Positions 16,069 to 22,304 of a stretch of DNA of 22,304 nt are shown piece by piece. How positions within the stretch are numbered: position 1 is the stretch's first letter; each line of letters starts with the position of its first letter. This DNA comes from Candidatus Margulisiibacteriota bacterium (GTDB taxonomy: Bacteria; Margulisbacteria; WOR-1; O2-12-FULL-45-9): NCBI GenBank assembly GCA_043816785.1, contig JBDRHP010000061.1, forward strand, positions 1-22,304, written 5' to 3'. Below the pieces are notes generated by a model that made no database searches, was not told the DNA's origin, and was given only the letters and a program-made list of their open reading frames with translations. Position numbers and translations under genes: made by a program.

Positions 16069-16397
16069 TTATCCTCCAGGATCTTGTCAACATTTAGGGT
16101 TTTATACTTGTCATATATCCTTATGGCCAAGGCCAGCGCCAAAGCGGTAATACCAAGCCCTATTACCAAACTCGTCAGCATGACAGCCTGCGGCAGCGGA
16201 TCAACGATCAGTTCTTCTGCGCCCTCTAATATAGCCGCGCGGCCGCCTGCAATATAGCCGATACTGATAAAAAGAAGAATGACACCTGAATTCATCAGGT
16301 AAAGCGACATGATCATCTTGATCATATTGCGCTTGCTCAATATCCCGTAAAGACCGACCAGGACAACAATAACGCCCAAGGATATCCCGTTTATCAT
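16065..16397 (-). CDS. mrpC: Mrp antiporter subunit C (NuoK/MbhG-like)
   Basis: GLYGILSKRNMIKMI, DPLPQAVMLTSLVIG; ATGA overlaps on both sides. Confidence 0.93.
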   Translation of the reverse strand: MINGISLGVIVVLVGLYGILSKRNMIKMIMSLYLMNSGVILLFISIGYIAGGRAAILEGAEELIVDPLPQAVMLTSLVIGLGITALALALAIRIYDKYKTLNVDKILEDK

Positions 16398-16816
16398 AAT
16401 TTATGCCTCACTGTGCGGTAAAAGATGACTGCGATCCCGGTGCCGACCATAAAACCAATGGTCAGGTTAAGCAATAGGATCAGGCCGGTGCTCGGCACAG
16501 TGCCAATCTCGCCCCGCGGCAGGAAATCTGACAGAAAAGAATAGCCCATGAACATGCCGGCAAAACCAAGCAGGATAAAAATGATCATGCCGATGTTCTT
16601 GGTCAAGGAAAGCAGATTTTCGTGAAATCTTTTTTCAGCATTGCGCACGCCGTCGACCAGACCGAGCAGGATAATGGCTGAGCCAATAATAACACCACCC
16701 TGGAAGCCGCCGCCGGGCGACAAATGGCCGTGCGAGATCAGATAACAGCCGTAAAGCAGGATAAAGGGGAAGAGCTTTCTGGTCAAGGTCCTGACTATAG
16801 TGGATCTTCTATCCAT
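16394..16816 (-). CDS. mrpB: Mrp antiporter subunit B (MnhB/MbhF-like)
   Basis: HGHLSPGGGFQGG motif; start placed at ATG 16816 (MDRRSTIV) after RBS AGGAG. Confidence 0.9.
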   Translation of the reverse strand: MDRRSTIVRTLTRKLFPFILLYGCYLISHGHLSPGGGFQGGVIIGSAIILLGLVDGVRNAEKRFHENLLSLTKNIGMIIFILLGFAGMFMGYSFLSDFLPRGEIGTVPSTGLILLLNLTIGFMVGTGIAVIFYRTVRHKL

Positions 16817-17081
16817 CGGGCTCTCCTTTTTTGAGCTTGCGCAGCAGCATGTATACGCCCAGGGCTGAAGCAAAAAAGACCGTGGCCTCTCCCAATGTGT
16901 CATAAACACGGTAATTCAGATAAATCGCCGTGACCAGGTTAAGAGCGCCGGTCTCAGCAACGCCGTTAGCCACATAATATTCTGATATTCCAGAACGAGG
17001 GCGGCCGTAATCCAGCTGGACCGCGTTCAGGATAAAATATCCCAGTACGATCAAAACGACCACTATCAGGATGCGTTTCAT
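16809..17081 (-). CDS. MbhE-like subunit (stand-alone MrpA/MrpB-related segment)
   Basis: ETGALNLVTAIYLNYRVYDTLGEATV matches the NxVTAIxxxYRxxDTLGE signature. Confidence 0.85.
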   Translation of the reverse strand: MKRILIVVVLIVLGYFILNAVQLDYGRPRSGISEYYVANGVAETGALNLVTAIYLNYRVYDTLGEATVFFASALGVYMLLRKLKKGEPDG

Positions 17082-17308
17082 TCCTCATGCCTCCTGGTCT
17101 TGCTGATCGCCACAACAAAAAGGACCGTGGAAACACCCGCGCCGATCGCAGCTTCCGCGATCGCAATATCCAAAGCATGCAATCTAAAGAATAATAAGGT
17201 CAGCACCAGACTGAAAGCAGCTAAAACAATAGCCGCATTGAGCAGATCTTTCATTTCAATGGCCACTATCGCGGTCAGGATCAATACTAGATAGAAGATC
17301 TCGTTCAT
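17078..17308 (-). CDS. MbhD-like / DUF4040 subunit
   Basis: DLLNAAI...ALDIAIAEAAIGAG (APDVAxTEAxVGAG-type motif), 3 TM helices. Confidence 0.85.
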   Translation of the reverse strand: MNEIFYLVLILTAIVAIEMKDLLNAAIVLAAFSLVLTLLFFRLHALDIAIAEAAIGAGVSTVLFVVAISKTRRHEE

Positions 17309-17610
17309 TGCTTTTTGTCCTTCTGCTGCCAGGGTTTGATGCCGGATTCCAAGGCACCCCGCGCTATGACATGGGAAGCGACCGGGCTGGTGATCAAAAT
17401 AAATAAGGATATCAGGGCCAGCCTCAAGGTCAGGGCAGAAAGACCGGAATAGATCATCAAACCAATAAAGATCGACAAGCCCCCTGCTGTCCCACCCTTG
17501 CCTGCCGGATGGATCCTGGTATAAAGGTCAGGGAACCTGATCAAGCCTATTACGCCAAAAGTCAGGAAGAACAAGCCAAGAATAAAAAATCCATAAGCTA
17601 ACCAGATCAT
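17305..17610 (-). CDS. mrpG: Mrp antiporter subunit G (MbhC-like)
   Basis: GLIRFPDLYTRIH, TSPVASHVIARGA. Confidence 0.92.
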   Translation of the reverse strand: MIWLAYGFFILGLFFLTFGVIGLIRFPDLYTRIHPAGKGGTAGGLSIFIGLMIYSGLSALTLRLALISLFILITSPVASHVIARGALESGIKPWQQKDKKQ

Positions 17611-17870
17611 TTATGCAGCTCCCTCCCGGTCAGATATTTTGATATAGCAATTACGGAAACGTAGCCAAGGATAGCGTAAACCAATGCCACGTCAAAATAG
17701 ACATGGCGTTCAAACTCAACCGCCAGGGTAGCGATTATTACAGTGATATTGAGCACGAGCAGGTTTAAGCCGATCAAACGGTCAAACGGGGTTGGTCCAA
17801 TAAATACCCGCATCAGACAGACCAGCGCGGTCAGTGAAAGAAAAAAGACCATGGCTGAGAGCGGATTCAA
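17607..17870 (-). CDS. mrpF: Mrp antiporter subunit F (MbhB-like)
   Basis: RVFIGPTPFDRLIGL, YFDVALVYAILG; TTG start overlapping the mrpE stop, RBS GGAGGA. Confidence 0.9.
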   Translation of the reverse strand: MNPLSAMVFFLSLTALVCLMRVFIGPTPFDRLIGLNLLVLNITVIIATLAVEFERHVYFDVALVYAILGYVSVIAISKYLTGRELHK

Positions 17871-18379
17871 TAGAATATCCTCCCTAATTGCGCCTCAAAA
17901 TTGCCCTTGATCTGCTTGGCCGCCTGGTTAGAATCGCTGGTATCCATGACTAGCCAGTGTACGAACAGTTCATCATCCTTCAGATCGATCGCGACTGTGC
18001 CGGGGGTCAAGGTGATCGAATTCGCCAGAAGCGCTCGGCCCAATTTAGAACCCAGCTTGGTCTTGATCTTGATGATGCCCGGATTGATCTTCATAGTAAT
18101 GACGCGGTAAACAACATTGAAGCTGCCCAGATATATTTCCCAAAGCAATATCAGCAGGTAGAAAATAAAGAGTTCAAACCTGGGCAGGATGCCCCGCTGG
18201 ACCTTTTCTTCCTTCTCAATGAACAAGTCATATGTAGCCAGAGCAATGACCAGGGAAAAAGCCCCGCCCAAAAGAAGCGAGAAGGGATCAAGGCTAAAAG
18301 TGAACAAATACCACAACAACATGAGAAAGATAAAGGTAATTATAATACTGTTAATTTTTTCCAGCTGTCCAATCTTCAT
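17867..18379 (-). CDS. mrpE: Mrp antiporter subunit E (MbhA-like)
   Basis: INPGII, LANSITLTPGT, LFVHWL; ATG at 18379. Confidence 0.93.
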   Translation of the reverse strand: MKIGQLEKINSIIITFIFLMLLWYLFTFSLDPFSLLLGGAFSLVIALATYDLFIEKEEKVQRGILPRFELFIFYLLILLWEIYLGSFNVVYRVITMKINPGIIKIKTKLGSKLGRALLANSITLTPGTVAIDLKDDELFVHWLVMDTSDSNQAAKQIKGNFEAQLGRIFY

Positions 18380-18386
18380 TGGCAAG

Positions 18387-18395
18387 ATTATATCA
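18387..18395 (-). promoter_or_regulatory. Extended -10 promoter of the mrp operon (probably leaderless)
   Basis: TGaTATAAT located 7 nt before ATG 18379; no SD; no good -35. Confidence 0.55.
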
Positions 18396-18404
18396 TATCC
18401 GGGC

Positions 18405-19436
18405 TCAAGCGCAGAGATTGAGATCCCTGACTAAACCCACCAACCGGTTGTAACTCTGTCGGTCAAATTTAAAACAGATGCGCGGCTTCTCCAGCAATTC
18501 TTTGGCGCGAACCTCAGCTGGAATCGGCCCGCAAGGCTTGATCTCGCCAGACATAATATCAGCGTATTTTTGACTTAAGCGAGCCAGGTCAGCGGCCGCC
18601 ACTTTTTGATTTAAGCGAATAACAGTCAGGCCCCGCCCATATCTGATCGAATGATAAACCCGATAAAAATCCTTGATCTCCTTGACCGCTGCCTGGACCG
18701 AGCCAACTATTTTGAAAAGGCCCAGATCGGTCTGAGTGATAAAGCCGCCGGGCAAAAGTTCATTTTTAACAAACCTTAACCAGTTCTTCCAATAAGACAT
18801 ACCCGGCGCCTCGACCATGACCACCGGCCGCGGCGTGCACTTACCAGTCTGCATCAGCGTCAGCACTTCAAAACCTTCGTCATGTGTGCCAAAGCCGCCT
18901 GGGAACAAGACCGTGGCATCAGATTCTTTGATAAAAGCCAGCTTCCTGGTGTAGAAATATTTAACATTGATAAGTTTTTCTCCGCGGGCCACGTAAGGAT
19001 TGGCTTCCTTTTCCAGCGGCAGCTTGATCTTGACCGCAAAACCCTTTTTGCCCGCGCCTTTATTGCCAGCCTCCATCACCCCGCCGCCTCCGCCAGTAAT
19101 GACCAGGTAATCGTGCTTGACCATTTCGCTGGCAAACTCTTCAGCCATTTTGTACTCTAGGCTATTTTGCGGGCTGCGGTGCGAACCAAACATAACCACT
19201 TTTCGTTTGTCGCGGTACTTGGTAAATACACGAAAGATATGGCGCAGTTCTTTGAGCGTGTTGGTGACCAAATAAAGATCACGTTCATCCGCGCCGTCCA
19301 GGTGAAGTTTTATTACTGTGGTAAAAAGGTCATGAATGTATGCTCGGGTTTGGGGCAAGCTGTATGCTTTGGCCAGCTGGTCAATTTCCCGGTCAATATT
19401 TATATTACCAACTTTATACGACTTTTTGTCCTTCAT
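18405..19436 (-). CDS. LOG family (TIGR00730-like) nucleotide phosphoribohydrolase, long form
   Basis: MFGS, ITGGGGGVMEAGNKGA, YFYTRK, PGGFGTHDE, LMQTGK. Start at ATG 19436, overlapping the upstream gene by 23 nt. Confidence 0.9.
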   Translation of the reverse strand: MKDKKSYKVGNINIDREIDQLAKAYSLPQTRAYIHDLFTTVIKLHLDGADERDLYLVTNTLKELRHIFRVFTKYRDKRKVVMFGSHRSPQNSLEYKMAEEFASEMVKHDYLVITGGGGGVMEAGNKGAGKKGFAVKIKLPLEKEANPYVARGEKLINVKYFYTRKLAFIKESDATVLFPGGFGTHDEGFEVLTLMQTGKCTPRPVVMVEAPGMSYWKNWLRFVKNELLPGGFITQTDLGLFKIVGSVQAAVKEIKDFYRVYHSIRYGRGLTVIRLNQKVAAADLARLSQKYADIMSGEIKPCGPIPAEVRAKELLEKPRICFKFDRQSYNRLVGLVRDLNLCA

Positions 19437-20370
19437 TTGTCCAGATGATCGCATTCCTGACACTGAGCGGAGCCTTGGCCAGCCCCCTGGCCGCAATTGC
19501 CTTGACCAGCGGCGCAACTTGCATACTGTAACGCTTGGAAACATATTCCGGGTCCATGGCCGGCCAGCCCCAAAGGGAAGTATGGTATATACCGTCGACC
19601 ATGAAATAAGGCTTTTGTAAACTGGTCGGCCTCATGGTCTCCACCGGCGCGTGCCCTTCTGGATTTGAGACCAGATCAACAATAACTGAACCCGGCTTAA
19701 GCAATTTCAGCATTTTTCTAGTAACAAAAGGAGGTTCTTTTTTAACAACCCGCCTGAACGGCCGGTTGACCGCGTCAACCAGAATATCAGTGCCAGGCAA
19801 ATGTTTTGCCATCTCCACAAAATGCTTGCGGTTAAGGACCTCTATATGAGCCAACTTCCTGGCCGCTTCCTGGATCGCGCCGCGTGAAATGTTGCCGTAA
19901 CCCATTACCTTGACCACAGCCTTGCCCGGATCCTTGCCCCAGAGTTGGAAAGCGTAATCCATGCCAATGCGGCCGGAATCCATCACCGCCTCAACGATCC
20001 GTTTGCCCATAGGGTTCTTGAGAATATCCAGTGGAATGGCAATGACCTTTTGCTTGATCAGGTTCTTTTCCAGGATCGGCTCGCAGCGCAAGTGCATCAT
20101 ACTCATCAAGATGCTGTTGGGCCTCATTAATTTGATCTCTGAAGCGGTCGGCTCCTTGATCCGCACGACCAGGTCAGCCGCGTAGACCTGCTCCTTGGCC
20201 TTGATCTTACAACCGATCGCTTCATATTCAGCGTCAAGTATGCCAACACCAAGGCCTGCGCCTTTTTCCACCAGCACCTGATGGTTCTTGGCGATCGAGC
20301 GCAAATCTTCGGGCTGGAGAATGACCCTTTTTTCCAGCGGCCGGTTCTCAGCAGCTATGCCGATCTTCAT
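19414..20370 (-). CDS. AlaDH/PNT-family NAD(P)-dependent amino-acid oxidoreductase, N5-(carboxyethyl)ornithine-synthase-like, paralog 2
   Basis: MKIGI..E..EKRV..P, VLVEKGAG, IKEP, MHL, MGYGNISRGA, KPGSVIVDL; 318 aa. Confidence 0.8.
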   Translation of the reverse strand: MKIGIAAENRPLEKRVILQPEDLRSIAKNHQVLVEKGAGLGVGILDAEYEAIGCKIKAKEQVYAADLVVRIKEPTASEIKLMRPNSILMSMMHLRCEPILEKNLIKQKVIAIPLDILKNPMGKRIVEAVMDSGRIGMDYAFQLWGKDPGKAVVKVMGYGNISRGAIQEAARKLAHIEVLNRKHFVEMAKHLPGTDILVDAVNRPFRRVVKKEPPFVTRKMLKLLKPGSVIVDLVSNPEGHAPVETMRPTSLQKPYFMVDGIYHTSLWGWPAMDPEYVSKRYSMQVAPLVKAIAARGLAKAPLSVRNAIIWTNEGQKVV

Positions 20371-21302
20371 TTGCCAACCTCATAATAGGCGCTCTTAATA
20401 AAGTCTGGCAGATCATTCAATCCCTTATTCGCGATCTTGGTCAGAATGGTCAGGACCTGGATACTATAGCGCTTAGAAATATTGACTGGATCAAGTCCGG
20501 GCCAACCCCAGCAAGCAGTATGGATCACACCATCAACCTTGTACGAAATATCAGATAAAGTCGTTGGCCGCACTGTTTCGATCGGCGATTTTCCCGCTGG
20601 ATTTGCCACGAGATCAACGATCACGGCTCCTGGCTTTAACAGCTTGAGCATGTTTTTCTTTACCAAGTAAACCTTGCCTCTTAGATGATACGGCCAATAG
20701 ATCCCGTCAACCAAAATATCAGTCCCGGGGATATGTTTTTCCATCTCGTTAACATCACGCTTATTGAGCACCATGACTTTTGCAAATTTGCGCGCCGCAG
20801 CTTGGATCGCCCCCTGAGCAATATTGCCGTAACCCATGACCTTGACCACTGCCTTGCTCGGGTCTTTGCCCCAAAGCTCAAAGCCTTTCAACATGCCCAG
20901 ATAACCTGTCTCATGCAAGGCTTCGATCATCCGGGTGCCAAATTGGTCCCTGATCCCCTCCATAGCTATGGCATTGATCTTATATTTCTGCAGTAATTTG
21001 GCCAGGTGCGGCCGGCTTCTCAAGTGGAGCATGGACAGGATCGCACTGTCTGGCCTCATCAGTTTTAATTCTGATTCGATCGGCTCCTTGATCTTGACCA
21101 CTAATGGGCAGGCATAAACATCTTTTTTGCTGGCTATCCGGGCCCCAGCCCGCTCATACAGTTTATTTTCTATGCCAACGCCAAGCCCCGCATCCTTTTC
21201 CACCAGGACTTGATGCTTGCCAGTAAGCGATCTAATTTCACTTGGTTGCATGACAACCCGGTTCTCGCCTTTTCTATCTTCTCTAGCTATCCCAATCTTC
21301 AC
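20367..21302 (-). CDS. AlaDH/PNT-family NAD(P)-dependent amino-acid oxidoreductase, N5-(carboxyethyl)ornithine-synthase-like, paralog 1
   Basis: MKIGIARE...ENRV..P, VLVEKDAG, KIKEP, LHL, MGYGNIAQGA, KPGAVIVDL; 311 aa; GTGA and ATGA overlaps. Confidence 0.8.
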   Translation of the reverse strand: MKIGIAREDRKGENRVVMQPSEIRSLTGKHQVLVEKDAGLGVGIENKLYERAGARIASKKDVYACPLVVKIKEPIESELKLMRPDSAILSMLHLRSRPHLAKLLQKYKINAIAMEGIRDQFGTRMIEALHETGYLGMLKGFELWGKDPSKAVVKVMGYGNIAQGAIQAAARKFAKVMVLNKRDVNEMEKHIPGTDILVDGIYWPYHLRGKVYLVKKNMLKLLKPGAVIVDLVANPAGKSPIETVRPTTLSDISYKVDGVIHTACWGWPGLDPVNISKRYSIQVLTILTKIANKGLNDLPDFIKSAYYEVGK

Positions 21303-22108
21303 AAACCCAACTCCTTGATCTTCTGCAAAATTTCGCTCGAATCTATAAATTTACCATATATTTTGCATAATGAAAGGGCCAATTTGATTTTTAGGCGCAT
21401 TTTCCAGTTAGTAAAATCGTAAGTATGAGCCAGAACTGAAACAATGGTCGTGCCTTTGTTCTTTTTCAGCGCCTTAAGCTTTTTCCAGATAGACAAAAGC
21501 GATTGCTGTTCAATATATATGCCCAGCGGGATCTCAAACACCCGGCTGTCTCCTTTTTTCCTATGGTCATCATATGCCATTCGATAGACATTGGTCGGAG
21601 CGCTGCGCCAATCAGAGACCAAAGCATTATTTTTGATCATGTGGCGTCCAGGGTCGCAAGAATAATCAAGAAATATCCCGTTCTGCTCCAGAATGGGAAT
21701 GGTTTTGTGGCTAAAGGTCATGAAGCCGCCGCGATAGGACCTGGGAGTCAGACCGTTTTTTGTCAAACCTTCGAACAAGGCGTTGATCGCCGGCTCCATC
21801 CTGGTTGGATCATCATAATGCCAGGCTTGATATAGCTCTTCTTCGTGGCAGTGAACGCCAACCTCGCCACCAGTTGCTTCGATCTTTTTCCATAAGCTGA
21901 TAAAATCAGGCTTCAGGAAAAAATCCCTGACCAAAGGCGACGTGTGGACAAAATGAATAAACTTGCCATTGATCGTTCTGGCCATTTCAATTTCACCGTT
22001 AATCAATGAGACCAACTGATCATGCTTAGGCTTGCGTTCCTCGTCAGAACGCTTCGTAGCAAAATATTCGTCCCAGTCGCCATCAATTGTAAAAACAAAA
22101 TATAACAT
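21299..22108 (-). CDS. Polysaccharide-deacetylase-like (NodB/CE4-type barrel) metal-dependent hydrolase
   Basis: FTIDGD, EVGVHCH, SYRGG, G..LDYS, FEIP, LAHTYD. Start is ATG 22108 or GTG 22126. Confidence 0.7.
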   Translation of the reverse strand: MLYFVFTIDGDWDEYFATKRSDEERKPKHDQLVSLINGEIEMARTINGKFIHFVHTSPLVRDFFLKPDFISLWKKIEATGGEVGVHCHEEELYQAWHYDDPTRMEPAINALFEGLTKNGLTPRSYRGGFMTFSHKTIPILEQNGIFLDYSCDPGRHMIKNNALVSDWRSAPTNVYRMAYDDHRKKGDSRVFEIPLGIYIEQQSLLSIWKKLKALKKNKGTTIVSVLAHTYDFTNWKMRLKIKLALSLCKIYGKFIDSSEILQKIKELGL

Positions 22109-22196
22109 AATCTCTAATGCCCTCACCCCAATTTATTCTTAATTGAATATTATTCTTTTATGACCCCTCTCCCAGAGGAGGGTGTCCAATAACACT

Positions 22197-22230
22197 CATG
22201 AAACCTGCGACTAAACGTCGCGGTTTCATG
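22197..22230. repeat. Intergenic inverted repeat (REP-like or terminator-like hairpin)
   Basis: CATGAAACC-t-GCGAC-taaac-GTCGC-GGTTTCATG: 14-bp stem with a one-base bulge; no U-tract. Confidence 0.65.
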
Positions 22231-22304
22231 GACAGAGTCTTTCCTATGCCATTTGTTGTGCTAATTTGGGGCTTATGAGCCATTCTTGTTTTCCTTTTAG
22301 GTGC

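Noticed and set aside
13103..18379. Calling the operon complex I (nuo) or an energy-converting hydrogenase
   Set aside because: No NuoH, Fe-S or NiFe subunits are present, while MrpE/F/G are
19414..21302. Calling the pair ald (alanine dehydrogenase) or pntA
   Set aside because: Too short, different glycine-loop and cofactor residues, and no pntB or membrane domain
11979..21835. Antisense and alternative-frame ORFs within the MFS, mrp, LOG and dehydrogenase genes, and extended starts at 14677, 16909 and 19544
   Set aside because: They overlap confidently identified genes; true starts are supported by stop/start overlaps or RBS
22244..22304. Possible 3' end of a minus-strand gene at the window edge (...HLKGKQEWLISPKLAQQMA*)
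   Set aside because: Only 19 codons are visible and a second frame is also open, so it cannot be supported

Overview
Bacterial chromosomal window, gene-dense and mostly on the minus strand, roughly 45-50% GC by eye. In order: the 3' end of a small beta-strand-rich protein (+); an extended SDR/NAD-dependent epimerase; carB and carA; a winged-HTH/ANTAR fusion regulator; an AT-rich surface (lipo)protein gene with 4 Ig-like repeats and a 7-bladed propeller; a UPF0182 membrane protein; divergent DUF2892 and MFS genes (+); a nine-gene Mrp/Mbh-type cation/H+ antiporter operon without redox subunits; and an overlapping operon of a deacetylase-like protein, two AlaDH/PNT-family (CEO-synthase-like) paralogs and a LOG-family protein. 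Two things stand out. (1) CarA has lost its whole glutaminase triad (Cys to Gln, HPE to FPI) while CarB looks intact. The carAB leader has a perfect sigma70 promoter followed by a terminator overlapped by an ANTAR-type hairpin, next to a sensor-less wHTH-ANTAR gene. This suggests an antitermination-controlled, ammonia-fed carbamoyl-phosphate synthetase. (2) The AT-rich surface-protein gene is bracketed by two copies of the last 60 bp of the UPF0182 gene that differ only at synonymous sites, an integration scar with no integrase. No rRNA, tRNA, CRISPR array or transposase was seen. All family calls come from motif recognition, not database searches.
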